Positions 45,481-59,482 of a stretch of 64,000 nucleotides of DNA are shown here, piece by piece. The first letter of the stretch is position 1. Each line of letters starts with the position of its first letter. Origin of the DNA: Takakia lepidozioides (lineage: Eukaryota; Plantae; Bryophyta); NCBI GenBank assembly GCA_030704615.1, contig CM060733.1, forward strand, positions 30,628,001 through 30,692,000, given 5' to 3'. Below the pieces are notes generated by a model. That model worked only from the letters and a program-made list of their open reading frames with translations, searched no databases and was not told the origin of the DNA. A program made the translations under genes and the position numbers.

Positions 45481-48064
45481 ATGGCAGCCTGCTCGGGTGT
45501 TCTCCTAAGCCCACATGCGGACTCGATACCCAAAGCCCTGCCGTCTCTGTTCAGTCATGCGGGAGGCTGTACATCATGCGGTGGAGTAAGGGGCTGGACT
45601 ATGGAGCCAAAAGCGGCATCTCCCCAGGCGTTCTTTACAGATCCTTCACAATGGTGGGACTACACCGTTCACAAGGTGCGCTTTCTTCATGTAGAAAGTC
45701 ATGAGGGATCCTGTTATAGAGGGAATCTGACTGACTTTGGGGTGATACTACTTTGTGGGATTGGATTCTACCCGTTGAGTTCAGTTAGAATCTCGGTTGT
45801 CCTTCAACAGCTGCGCTTACTGTCAGTGTTGTAAGGATCAAAGGCTGTTTGCCCTGAGCAGGGCATGGAGAGTACGATGCCCGAGGTGTTTTTCATGGAT
45901 TTTGCAATGTCGTTGGGAGGGTTGATGATTGTGGCTCGGTTAATACTGTGGCTGCTCAGCTACACCCTGGTGGTTTTCACAGACCAATCCAAAATCTCCA
46001 GACTGCCTACATAAGCAGTGGACACCAGAGGTCCTGTGGATTGAGGGTTTGTTCAATCCTCCCTGGGTGAAAGAAAAGCTAATTGCCATGACACAAAGTC
46101 AAGAACAATCTGGTGACGGAGGAATATCAGAGTGCGGTTTTGACTCTGGTGAGGAGGGTGAGCTCCTTGGAAGCTTGAAGATGACAGCAAGTGTGACTAC
46201 TTATCTCTCTGTCTTGCAAGAGTGCATTCAGATGAGAAATTTAAGGAAAGGAAAGCAGGTGCATGTCCACATCATCCAAAGCGGCTTCAAGCCAAACAAT
46301 TTTCTTCGCACCACTCTTTTCAAAATGTATGTGAAGTGCGGGGCCGTGGAGGATGCACGGCAAGTGTTCGAGGAAATATCACAACGCAATTTGTTCACTT
46401 GGACTATAATGATATCAGCATATGCCAAGCATGGGTGTGGCAGCGAGGCTTTGGAGCTCTACGAGCAAATGCAGCAGGAAGGGGTGATGGGGGACAAGGT
46501 CACCTGGACTTGTGTTCTTAATGCATGTGCAAGTCTAGCAGCCCTGGAAAAGGGCAAACAAGTGCATGCTGACTTCCTCAAAGCTGGAATTCCACTGGAT
46601 ATCATTCTGGAGACTGCCCTTGTCCACATGTATGCCAAGTGCAAGAGCATGAAGGATGCGCGTGGAGTATTTGACAAAATGGCTGAACGAGATGTGGTCT
46701 CGTGGAGTGCAATGATTGCAGGATATGCTCAGCATGGCTGTGGTCAGGAGGCTTTTGACCTCTATGAGCAAATGATTCAGGAAGGGGTGTTGCCCGATAA
46801 GGTCACATTCATTTGTACTGTCAACGCATGTGCCAGTCTAGGATCCCTAAAAAAGGCTCATGAGATTCATGCTGACATCATTAAAGCCCGAATTGTGCCT
46901 GATATCAGCCTGGAGACTGGCCTTGTTGACATGTATGCCAAATGTGGAAGCATCAAGGATGCACGGCAAGTGTTTAACTACATGGCTCAACGAAATGTGG
47001 TCTCATGGAATGCGATGATCACAGGATATGCTCAGCAAGGGTGTGGTAGAGAGGCTTTCGAGCTGTATGACCAAATGATTCAGGAAGGTATAACACCTGA
47101 CAAGGTCACGTTTGTTTCCGTTGTCAATGCGTGTGCCAGCCTAGGAGCCCTGGAAAAGGGTAGAAAGGTCCATGCCGCCATCAGCAAAAGTAGAGTTGCA
47201 CCAGATATTATTCTGCAGAATACACTTGTTGACATGTATGCAAAATGCGGGAGTGTAAAGGATGCACTTCAAGTGTTTGACAATATCCCTCAACGAGATG
47301 TGGTTTCCTGGAATGCTTTGATCACAGGATATGCTCAGAATGCATGTGATAGGGAGGCTTTAGAGATGTATGACCAGATGAAACGGGAAGGGGTGACTCC
47401 CAACAGAGTCACATTCATTTGCGCTATCGGTGCATGCACCAGTCTGGCAGCCCTTGAGAAGGGCAAAGAGATACATGCTGACATCGTGAAAGCTGGAATT
47501 GCTCAGGACATCATAGTAGAGACTGCCCTTGCTTACATGTATGGCAAATGTGGGAGCATACAGGGTGCACGGGACATTTTCAACAGTATGCCTGAACGAA
47601 ATGTAGTCTCATGGAATGCAATAATTGCAGGATACACTCAGCATGGGTTTGGTAGGGAGGCTCTCCAACTATTTGAACAAATGCAGCAGGAAGGCTTCAA
47701 GCCAGACAATATCACCTTTGTATGTCTTCTTTCTGCATGCAGCCGTGTGGGCTTAGAGGATGAAGGCCATCACTACTTTGATTCCATGAGTCAAGATCAT
47801 GGCCTCACTCCCACAGCAGAGCATTTTGGCTGTATGGTGGACCTTCTTGGCCGCGGAGGGCGATTGAATGAGGCAAAGGACTTGATTAACATAATGCCAA
47901 TTGAGCCGTGTGCTTCGGTGTGGCGATCCTTGCTTGGTGCCTGCAAAATTCATGGGGATGTGAATCTAGCAGAGCATGCTGCAATATGCCTTCTCGAGTT
48001 GGATCCACTGAATGCAGGAATTTATGCTCTGCTATCAAACACCTATGCTGCAGCTGGTACGTAG
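45481..48064 (+). CDS. PLS-class PPR protein (E subgroup, ~758 aa) with an N-terminal OSB-type PDF motif
   Basis: Exon 1 is 45481-45675 (MAACSG...QAFFTDPSQWWDYTVHK). A phase-0 GT-AG intron spans 45676-45982. Exon 2 is 45983-48064 (TNPKSPDCLHK...LWIEGLFNPPWVKEKL, then ~17 P/L/S motifs and E motifs MPIEPCASVWRSLLGACKIHG / YALLSNTYAAAG). The start codon is less certain than the PPR region. Confidence 0.85.
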
Positions 48065-48504
48065 GATGATAAAGCAATTTTGAGGAGGAATGATGGAGGA
48101 CAGGAGTGTCAGGAAGGAGCCAGGGTGAAATTGACATCCGGGTGATACGTTCATTGTAGAAGACCAATTGCATCTTCAAGTTGAACATCCATGCTGAGTT
48201 AAAGATATTGTCTGGGCGCAGGGTATGTGCCTGACATGTATGTTGTACTGCATGATGTGAAGGAGGTGAAGGAATTTTCTCTTTGCCACTGCAAGTCAGA
48301 AGCTGGTGCATTCGGGCTCATCAGCACACCACCTGGCACACCTATTTGTAGCATCAAGAACCTTTGGGTGTCTGTTGACTGTCACACTGCCCCTAAGTTT
48401 ATCACAAAGAGTGTTGGGCAAGAAGTTGTACGAGACGGCAACCGCTTTCACCACGTCCAATAATATGGAGTTTGTCTTTGTAGGGATGACCTTGTTGCAG
48501 TAGA
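48065..48504 (+). pseudogene. Disrupted E+/DYW deaminase domain downstream of the PPR stop codon
   Basis: TAG sits where Trp is expected (AAAGT*DD). Then RKEPG*, YVPD...VLHDV, CHCKSEAGAFGLISTPPGTPI..IKNLWVSVDCHTAPKFITK..VRDGNRFHH, with further stops and frameshifts. Confidence 0.85.
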
Positions 48505-49769
48505 TTTGTGGACAGACTACAATGAACAGTTGGCATGGAAGGACGTCTTGGAAGAAAGGGGGTTTGATGGGGACCAGCATGAAGCTGATACCCAATTCTT
48601 TCTGCACGAGGTTTCTCCCCTCCACTACATGCTCCCTCAACTTTCCCCCAGCCCTTTATCAGGACGTTTTACCCTACCGCAATGGAAAGATGACAAGGAC
48701 TAAATGAAATAGAGTTAAAGAGTGCTTGAAATTTCTGGGAGGGAAGTGAATGGAAGCATGGCAGGTTCTCCAGAATCAACTGAACAAATTATTTCTCTCA
48801 CTTCATAAGCTTGTGGAATGTCCGGTAGACACTACAATGATGCTGATTGGAGATGACAAGTAACTACCAGCCATGGTCATTAGCAAGGTATGATATGAAT
48901 GATGTTTTGAGATACCAGATTTGTCTTATTGCACATGCAGTAAAGAGGTTGGGGATGGTTGATAGATATCAAACTTGGAATGTGTCGCAATTTGATGATT
49001 GTTTTGGAGGAAACCAGCCAACTTCTCTGAATAACATTCTAGCCTAAACAGTAAGTCATGGAATGTTCATTTTAATCATTTGTTAGCTTGGAATTGTGGT
49101 TATGTTGTACAGGCCGCATGGAAATGTGGCTATGGTTGTAGTCTTTTCAACTGAAAAGGCTCGAGTTGTTACAGCAGCGCCAGCTCTTTAATGTTCAGTA
49201 TCACATTAACATCTTGCCCAACAAAGAATTTTATAATGGCCAAAGGGAGGTGGCCCAATTTGGAAGCAGCTCACTAGAACCGCCAAAGACAGACACAGTA
49301 GTATAGGCATTGCGCAGAGACTAGCGACACCCATGGCATGAGTGGGGAAGACAACTAAAGGTAGGGTACAACAGTCAAACATCGGTCTACACCCAAGTTT
49401 CACTCCGCTCTTCAGGTTGGTTTGGATGGGTCTGCGGTGCAACTGTAGGGATGGTAAACTTCCTACACTCAAATTCAGGCAACTAATACTGCAATGATAT
49501 ACCCACCCTATAAAGCACTGTAGTAAAGGAGAGTACTAGAGCCTTTCAAGATCACCATTTTTTTATCTTCTCAGCAATGTTCCAACTATGGGAATGAGCC
49601 TAAGAAACCTTTTTTATTCTTCTCTCACTGTTCCAACTATGGGAATAAGCCTAAGATACCATTTTAGTTCTCGGCACTACTTCAATTTAGGAAGTGGACT
49701 AAGCAGTAGTCAATTACATGTAGTCTCTCTAAATGTACGCAGAAGCTTCTTTGGTTGGCTACGTTTCCA

Positions 49770-51467
49770 CTAGAAACTAAAACATGTGAAGTTTATACTT
49801 CTCGTCCAGGTACCTAACTTCAACTCAGGGACTTGTTCTTTAAAACTAGAGAAATCTGGTTTGCCTGCACTGTCAGAGTGGACATAAATTTCTACAGAAC
49901 GTAAGGAAGGAAGAGTATTAATGAGCATTTGTAAAACTGATAGGCAACTGTCCAGTCTCTGCACAATCATATGGATAATCAGTCTCTCCACTTGAGGTAG
50001 CTTATGCGGTCTAGCCAGTTCCTGGTTGTTTTCCATGTCACATTCCATAGAATGCCATAGTCCAGGACCCACACTAAATGTGTGCAATGAAGGGCATGAC
50101 AGCCCTAAAACTTTCATGTTAGGGAGGGAGAGCGGAACTCCCTTCAAGACTCCCTCAAACCTGCCATCCTCATGCAATGCCATGCAGGGAACATCAAGGA
50201 AGGCTTTCTCGAGCCCCGGATTTGACTTGCTCAGCTCTGAAAGCGTTGAAAAATTATGTGAAGCGCCAAATAAAAGCTCCCGCACATTTTTTACATTGCC
50301 ACCAAACTCCACAGTTGCCTCCTCCTGTTTCTCCATCCCCAGTGCAAGGTGGGCCAGTGAGGGAGTTTCAACTCTGAGTTTCTCTGGGCTTACCATCTTG
50401 AGCTGCAGTTTTACCAAACTGGGTAAGAGTAACGTGATGCTCTTCGACTTGGTCGAGAGGCCTATGCACAGAACCTTAAGATGCTCCCAGTTGAAGTCGA
50501 CCTCCTGTAGCCCAGACACGCCCAAAAGAGCAAGAGTTTGGAGGGCTGGCATGTTCTTACTGATGTCAAGCAGTAAATCATCCTTCATTTTGATGCAGCG
50601 CAATGTGAGGGTCAACATCTGTGGCATCAGTTCCATTACCGCTTCAATTCCATCATTTCCCTTCTTGGCCAGAAACATGTTCCTCAGCTCCAATGTCTTT
50701 AGTCTCTTGCCTGCTCAGGCCCCATCACAATCATTACAAAATCTCCCCAAGAAGAATATGCACAGCACCAGAGATTCACATTCAAATGACTATGTGATAC
50801 ATCATCCATGGTCCTCACCACAGGACCCTGGACCCCTTCTATTAATGGCCAATCAGCAGACGCACGAGACTGACAAGATATCGCGCGGCTCAAACTAGGG
50901 ACAGCACATTCTATTATGTAAGCCCCACAAACAATTGTGGCAAATAAGGAAGAATAGAGGCTCACAATGGGCAGATAGGATTTGGAGAACAGTTGTTGGT
51001 CGCCTGATAGCTTGTGGGCCATAGTCAACAATGCACAAATGCTGCAAAGTGGCTTGCACTGATGGCACCCAATTTTTCACAAACTTTGGCTCACTCAGCC
51101 AGAAGTCTATCACAGTCTTCTCATTTTCTTGGAACATGTGAGATTGCATCTCCTGCTCAATCTCAATCCGTAGTTGCTCAACACACTCTGTTCGCCCCAG
51201 CACATCTTCCACGACCTCCTTGAAAGCTGTATACTCTGGTTCATAATTACCATCATCTTCATCTTCATCCTCGTCTTCATCTGAGTGGGACTGTATGGGG
51301 TGTGCCTTCCTGACAGTCAGATAGTGTCTATACAGGCAAATAAAACGAACACTTTGAGTGCGTCTCCCAGATTGATAGAAGGCCTTGTTCACACAGTTGC
51401 AGCTGGCACGATGGCGGGCATCAGGATTGCGATTCAGGATAAAATCCAGTAAATATGATGGCAATCT
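49770..51467 (-). CDS. F-box/LRR-repeat protein (At4g29420-like family); 5' exon not located
   Basis: Exons 50966-51467 and 49770-50710 join in phase 1 (SAHC|KRLKTLELRN). N-terminal F-box-like RLPSYLLDFIL...ASCNCVNKAF; LRR-like LQHLCI, LKTLEL, LTLTL, LQTLAL, LVKLQL. Confidence 0.8.
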
Positions 51468-54400
51468 CTGCAGGTATGAATTTCCAGCACTTTAGTTCTC
51501 GGTTAGGCAACTTTTAAATCTTTCCCTATAGACCCACTAACAAAGCCTTCAGTCCCTCTTCACAAAGCACCATTCCAAGAAACATGTCTGCTTGTGCCAC
51601 CACCGGGATTAAAGATCAGCAATTAATTAGAAGGGAATGCACAGCCCAAGGACCTTCAATCTCAGAATACACTAGCACATACAAATCACCAATTGCATGA
51701 AAAACTTAACCAAACTAAACCACACTTCCCACTGTCGAACTAGCATGGGATCCAGATCAACACAGAGGCAGTATGACACCACAAGTAGGGCTAAAATTAT
51801 CCTTCCGACTTTTTCCTGTGATGATGTCTTCACTACCATATGCCAGGTTCCCAGTCTTAGCATAGACTACAAACATTATCTCGACCATTTTAGAGCTTCA
51901 CGGAACTGATTACAAATATGATTTGGACTCCTCTCCGAAAGGACTCTGCGATACCAAGCTCTCACTGCTATTTCCTTTGGGAGTGGCTATATCGCTATTA
52001 CCTCAACCAACCCTAGTCGACCCGTGCTGCCTGCTTTTGCATCATTCGCCTGGTAGCCGGTAGAAGCCCACGTCCTCTCCCCCTCCCTCTCTTCAGTCCC
52101 CATCAATGCAGAACCCTCCTTACCAAGTCATTAGACAACAATGCACGGGGTAATAAATTTCCCCACCCCAGGATTGAATGTTACAGCCTTCCACACCCTG
52201 CCAAAGTCCAAAACGCTCAACCCAGTGATCATGACATCGCAAACTAGGGACTCAAGTATGAACCATCCATAGTCAGGCTCGAGTATCCTTCACCTGTAAG
52301 CTACACTAGCCAACAAAATAATAACCAGCAGGCTCCAACACCTGTGGGTCGACCTGGTTTTGTCCCCAGCACCATGGCCAGAAAAACACGCTCATCCATT
52401 CCAAGACAAACACACCACCAGTTCAGGTACTCACAAGTTCCTCTTTGATCCAACCCAGTACTCCTCTCCCCCGCACTCACACACCAGCAAACCAACTGCG
52501 TTTATATTGCTACCGACAATCTCCAAACCGAACTCATCATTCAACTGCCGCTGCATGGACTGAACCTTCCAGCAGGTCCGAAATATCCTGCGAAAGTCAT
52601 TTGAAAAGGGCAATGCTGCACAAACAGTTTTATCCCCACCTAACACCAGCCAAGCTCGAACAAGAACGTTGACAACATTCTAGATGCTCTTTGCTTTGCC
52701 GCCATCGCTGAGCTTCTTCTCGGAAGGCCCAGACCCGGACTTAGGTCGGCACCGGCAGTCGCAAACCACCGCCAGAGACCCCCTCCAAATTCATAGCGCC
52801 AAACGATATGGGATATATCTTCCATCAATTTGTTTTTTTAAAGGAAACCCTGGGAGCAACAGCCCCCATTTCAGCCCCTGGAGGAGGGGGGAAAAATAAC
52901 CCCCTTTCATTTATGGGGCATGGAGGCACACAGGACGAACAACATCCACACAGAACGCCACGAACAATCCACACACACGGCAGGCCAGCGGAGATTGAAC
53001 TTCGAACCACCCAGGCGACACTTCGTGCACTTACCAGCTGAGCTACCAGCCAATGTGCATAGATTGTGGTTGCCGGTATTATTACAAACATAGGCCGCCC
53101 ATAAAATACCTTCCGGGTGGTGGGAAGGCGCGGCAGACCGACCAAAAACAATCAAAATGAAAAAAAAAAGAAAAAAAAAAGTGAAAAAGTCCCTGATATA
53201 TTAATAAACAAAATATATCGTCAGAATAGGCGTGCGTGCGTGCGTGCACTAGGGTTGTTTCAGAGCTCATTCTCATCCACGAGGCCCACGTTTTGTCGTT
53301 CACCGACCTGCTCTAGTAATCCACGTGGGCGGCTTATTCATTCCCCTCTCATCCATCACTCGTCCAGACTCCTACGTGTACATTTTAACTAATTTTTGAG
53401 ATTCTTCTCTTACCGACGACACCTGTCAAGCATATATACGTCGTCTCCATACTGAGTCGGCAGATGCGGGTCTTATTCACTGACAAGTGTCACGTTTTGA
53501 GTATGGTACGGGAAAGGAAGTCTAGTGTCGCTCCCCCGTAAATAGCACAATCAACTAATGAACCAAAAATATATCCCATATTGTTTGCTGGGGATCTCGG
53601 ACTAGGGCAGGGGCGTGGGTCGTGGATCCGTGTGGACCTGCGGGGTGAGATCAGCAAGACACAGGGCTTTGGCAGATCGCGAGGAGACATTGCAGAGCTG
53701 AGTTGTGGAAAGTTCAAAAGTTCCTTGGAACGATGCACAGATGGAGTCTGACTGTGCATGAGCTGTGCTTACTCGTTGTCTAGGTGGACCATTAAGCTAT
53801 GAAGCGCCGACAAAGTATAGGTCAATGACACGGAAGGTGGAGGAGAAAGAGCGAAGTGGGTGGGACTGGGTGCAGGCTGCGTTTTAAATAGGCAAATCTT
53901 CCGGATGTGAACCAGCTTCGAGCATCGGAGTTTCGTGAGCAGGATCACAAGCTTGAGCAGCTGTTACAGTTTTCTAGGCTACTGTAGCAGTTGACCAGCT
54001 CACCGTCTCAAGGCCCCATCCCACTCTGTACCAGTACTTCACCAAGCCCTGCTGCTGCTCCCGCATACTCCTGCAGCAGCCATAGCCACAACCACTCCTA
54101 AGTTGCTTCTCACAATAGTAGAACTATCTAGAAAGGCAACTAGATAGTATTTGGCTATATCTAGTTGCAGAACTATCTAAAAACTAAAAATGTCAACTAA
54201 TGAACTCCCATACCAAATGGCTATACCTATGTGTAATCTGGAAAGTCAACTTGGTGTGAACTCGAAATGGTTATACCTCTACACCCTATATTCCCAGGAT
54301 CTCAAGGGTACTCAATTTCACACAGGTTCAACACACAGAAATTTCTATCCACAATCGGAAACCGCAGTTTAGATATGTGATTCACTTTTCAGCTACCCTT

Positions 54401-57400
54401 TTACAAGATTTCATTAGATATATGCTTCACTGCTCTACTCTAGTTTTATGAATATTGTATTTATTGCAACTTTTTGTAGCTTTTTAAACTGTTTATATTT
54501 GTCTGCAAGACCATCCACTATTTAATAGAGATGTCAATATATAGTTGAATTATGATGCCTCCTTATTGCCATTTCTATTCATTTGAAAATGGTTTTAGGG
54601 GTTCCAACTTTACTTTATTTAAGGGGGCTCTGCTCGCAGAGCCCACCTAAGTGAGGTGGAGGCAAAGGAAGAAACATTAGAGTTTAGCCCTTGCCCTCTT
54701 TATGTACTCTCTCAAGGCAGTGGTGGAGCCTTCTAGAAGGGGCCACCGCCTCATTGTGCTTCTAGAATGCTCTAGAACTATGAGGAGGCCCACCCTCCTA
54801 CTTCTATGCTACCCTCTACAGCTCTCCTCATATTTCACCCATTCCAATAGGTCTGCCCTCCATCCCCATTGGCTGGTCCAATCTTCTCTCTTTTTTTTAC
54901 CTCAGGAACAGCCCCTACCATGATATGGGGCCCTTATTGAAATTTATGATATATTTCAGAGGGAAAAACATGAGCATCGGGAAAGACAACAATGTCCAAC
55001 GAGCTCTCGCAAGGAACCAACAATCTTTTGAGGGCTCCCATTCGATGAACGTTGCATTTCTGTATTTACAGCCCAGGCTGCTAGTTGTTGGCGTTCATCA
55101 GCTCCTTGTAGGAATTATCCAAACCCAAACACACATCTAATATTCTTCGAACGGGATCTAACTTGACCCCGAGGCGGCTGCAAAGAGCCTCCAAAGACAA
55201 TTGTTGGTTAACACTCCACATGGTATTCTGCGGAGCTTTGTACTGTGAGCCCTGTGAGCCCATATATGTTCACACGGTCTCATTCTCACCATTTTTTCTT
55301 CACTCTACCTTTCAACCGGTAAGCAACTAGTTCTTCTTGGGAGATGGGTCCACACAAGTCAACTAGTGGGACTTGAAGGTCAAACCCATTACAATGATGA
55401 TGTGGGTGTACATGGAGAAAGTCGAGGCCCTATTATAGAATATAGTGAAATCCTAATATGTACCCCAATAGTTCAAAATATAAATTGAGCTTGAAGGGGC
55501 CAAGCCATCTTGGGGGGCTATTTTCATGGGCCCAGCTATTGCATGCCCCTTGAAAGTGGCTATTGCATGTGGGGCCACATGGAGTGCATGCAATAGTCAG
55601 GGGCAAGGTTCTAGCGGGATGGTGCCAAAGGGTAGAGGTGCTCTAGATGGGAAGCTTAGAATAGCCAAGAGAAAATGGTGATCTAGAGAGGGGTGAGATG
55701 AGTTGGAGAGGCCAGACTACTGTAGAGGTCGCTATATTTCGTCTTTAATTAATTCACTTTAAGAGAGAACAAATATTTTTAAAATTCTGCCCTGGGAGTA
55801 GACGAAATATGGGAATAATCTGCACTTAAAAAGATCAACTTTGAAAACAAAAGGTAACAATATGGTAACTCCTAAGCGTCAAGTTTGGAAAAAATAATAA
55901 AAAAAATAAAAAAATTGAAACGTATTAAAAATATTTACCACTAGCCATGCCAAAATGAATTGGGAAGGTAAGACTTCAAGGTTTTGTAGGAATCGATCAC
56001 AATACTTTGCTCCGGAAGAATTGAGTGCAAATCGGGAAACACTTCCAATGCCACAACACAATCCTCAACGGCTTCATCCAATGCCTCAATGGTTTGGAAA
56101 TGTGTCGTTTCATCTCTCGTTAAAAGCATCTCCTCGACAACTGCTTGTATCCCTTAACAGCAATCTGTAAGATAACACAAAAGTATTGATAAATAGAAGG
56201 AATAAAGCGAGAAACAAAGCGGAAGAAAAACCTAACTAATCAACACACAGGGAAAGATAGGAAAGTAGAAAACAACACAAGTAACCCGAGTGATCAAGAC
56301 TAAAACAAAAAGAAGAACCAAGGACCAAAGAGAAAAGATGTCCAAGGTTTTCTGGCTTTTGGGCAAGCACCATAAGATTTTCTTGGAAAGCACAGTTAGG
56401 GTCTGTTATTAGGAGGTTTCCATGTCAAAGACTCTACTTTAGCTCTATCATGTAGGAAACCTCATAGAGCCCAACCCTGAAGGGCAAGGGTAAGACACTC
56501 TTATTTTGTTGGCTTCGACCAACATCATATCTCACTCTGTATGGAGCCAGTTAGCCTGGGTGAGGCCCGAACTTATCTGCGAGAAGTGTAGTTCCTCAAT
56601 TGAACTTAATACATGAATTCTATTAAGTTTATGTTACTTCCGGAAGCAACTCGAGAAAACTCAGCCGTGTTGAAAAAAACTTACAATGACCTCTATGGCG
56701 ACACTAGCATGGAAAAGCTCCATTCCATTGCCTACTTTCTGTCCCTGCTTCTTCACAATTTCAGGACTTCGGCTGCACAGATTCGGATGTTCCGTTTGCT
56801 CTCCCACCTTGATAAGTTCTTCAAAACACTTATTTCCCCTTCCATCTCCAACATTTCCCCTTTCATGGGGGCGATTTCCGATGACAGACTTTCTAGGCCG
56901 GTTGTGGTTTCCGTTACCAAGGGAAGGTGATGGTGAGGACAGAGACGATGACGGTGCTGTGAGCGTCGATCTGTGCACACAAGACCACAATCATTTGGAT
57001 ACAAAGGTCTACACTTAGATCCTCTCAAATCACAGAGACCAAGGCAACTCACAAACGAGAATTTACTTGTCACAAATTAGGAACATACACAAGGAACTTA
57101 GAGACTATGAGCAACAATAGAGGGGAGATCACATTGTACTGTCAACATTGCCCAACAAAGGCAATCATGACTGAAACGACGGGTCAATTTCAAGCAAGGA
57201 GAGAGAGATCGACCTCCTTCTTTACTCCAGCCTCCAGCTTGTCCCAGTCCTTGGCTGGCGTTTTACTGGATTTTTTACTCGAGGAAAAAGAGCCACATAG
57301 TGAACCAACGACAACAAACAGACAGAGAAGGGGAATTCACCTTTTGGCAGAGCCAAGGGCTGCAACAATACATGCTCCATTGTGGTGGAAACACCTGCAC

Positions 57401-57956
57401 AGTTTGGTCCAAGATAACATGTTCAGCGTCATCACCATATCTGAAGCGGCAAACATCTCTCTCTCTCTCCCTCCGGTGGTTTTATTGGTTTCCGTGGTTC
57501 TACGGTGGTTTGTCTGTGATTCTGTGTTGTCCAAATTTTGGCCCATGGACCTTGACTGGACAGAGATTTCTCTCATTTGCACTCTCCATGTCATGCCCAT
57601 CGCGACTGCCACACACTGGTGACCCGACAGCTACATAACAAAGTGCGCATGCACAGAGACGCATGGAGCAGCTGAGCACCTCCATTTGGAAGCATCCGCT
57701 CTTCCAGCACTTCTACCAGCTCCCCCATATTCCTCTTTGCAACACCCTACCCCTGTTAGGTGCTAGAGAGCTTATTGAGCACACAGTTGTCTCCCTCCCT
57801 CCCTTAACCTAGTAAGTGAAAAATCCTCCAGCTCTTGAACAATCAGTTTTTTTCAAGGAATGTACATCACGGCAAACTTTCAGAGTTAAAGGACAACCAG
57901 AACGTTTTCTTCGTAACCAACCATCCTCTTCCAATTCTAGGCAAAGATAGGAATAT

Positions 57957-58032
57957 AGACCGTGTACTAAATCGAGCCGCTCAGAGTATATGACTCTCTA
58001 GATGTAAAGATCTGCACGATCTATGAAGGCCT
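57957..58032 (+). repeat. Short dispersed repeat; uninterrupted homolog of the Copia insertion site
   Basis: AGACCGTGTACTAAATCGAGCCGCTCAGAGTATATGACTCTCTAGATGTAAAGATCTGCACGATCTATGAAGGCCT aligns with 39204-39247 joined to 42498-42534. Confidence 0.8.
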
Positions 58033-59482
58033 CAACTGATCCAAATCGGGGAAAAAGAAGAGTCAAAAATCCAAGAGAGGAAAATATAACCTTTGAAATT
58101 CTGTTATTACTGCGGGTCGGTGACATGTACTTCAGCCGCCCTGGAAGATTGGGGCATTCATAGAAACTCTGATGGTCAGGTAGAATACCATGTCTGAGAT
58201 CAGAGCTTCATCACCGATTTACTTCAGATATCTCAGTTTTGTGAGCTGTCTGAGAGTTCAGAGAGTTTTTTGTCATGAAATCTGTAGCTAGTAATATGTT
58301 TTGAAACGGTGGGAGGATGGATCAATGTTGACTAGTGTTCCATTTGCCTTCTGTAAAGGAGGGGGGTGGAGCAGGTTAGAACCCGGCCTCCACCTATTGA
58401 CTCACATCATGGTAACAGGCAGTCTCGCCTAGCGGGAGGTGTACTCTTTCCGCGATGATGCACAAGTACAGGTGCCTGTACGTTGGTGACTTAGAGATGA
58501 GGAATCAGAAACGTCAGTACATCTGAAACTGTACAAGCAGGGAATGCTGGAACAAATCGTGCAATGGTCTATATGACAGATAGCATATGGCAAAATGACT
58601 AGAGAGGTTATGAGCTCTCAACTCTATTATGTCATGCTCGGTTTATGATTCTTTCTGTTGTGCAACCATCTGAATATCATAATCTGGAAGGCAATTTGGT
58701 GTCAAAGGTCCTTGTCAAGCACCCGCGCCATGGCCATGCTTCTCACACTAATTTGATCGATGTCCAAACTGAAGCTCGTAAAGCATGGATTAAACTGTCT
58801 GCGGACGTCCAAAGTTTAGGTGTGCTTTGACCGATCCTCTAGTCCACGCTTCCTCCCCCTCGATCCAAATTATCGTACGAATTCATGCGATATCTCCTGC
58901 ACAGAATTCTAATTTCGAGTACTTAAGTAGGCAGGATGGAAGGGTGAGTGGGCATGATTCTGCGATTTAAAGTTCCGGCTCACAGCGAAGTGATCTGCAT
59001 CAACTGTGCACACCCTTGATGGAGCCTGAAGAATGTAGCGATTTAGGACGGAGAGGAAAGAGAAAATGAGGTACAGTGCCATGCACTTCAAAAACATTCG
59101 CATCCAGTGCACCTTACACTGCCCACAAAACCAATGCACTCATTGAGGAGCTTGAAAAAACCGAGCTTGAAAAAATACTTCAAATGTGAACCTGAGCTTA
59201 CAACTCAATATTTCAAATCAAATTCCACTTTGAATTATGTTCAAAGCTGTTCGATGGATGTGCAAGTGGAGGTGAATTGGGTAGCATGTACACGTGAGCA
59301 TCCTTCTTCATCATCGCAAGGATAGATTCACTTCCTACAAACAAACTACAGGTCTATACATGTACCTACTTGCTCTTCAACGATCCTGTGCGTCATGTAC
59401 AATCCCATGTCTTAGAAGGTGGCGCTTGTCGTGCATATATCCACAAAACGGCCTAAATACAGCTAATAGCCTATCGAACCCC

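Noticed and set aside
50026-50898. 290-aa plus-strand ORF
   Set aside because: Antisense shadow of the F-box/LRR exon.
54136-54168. Small inverted repeat GCAACTAGATA...TATCTAGTTGC
   Set aside because: Isolated short hairpin with no TSD or second copy in the window; cannot be assigned to a MITE or miRNA.
56613-57780. Cluster of 90-170 aa ORFs, with a faint kinase C-terminus-like stretch (ELVEVLEERML...LLHASLC) on the minus strand
   Set aside because: No catalytic motifs or coherent frame; too weak to call.
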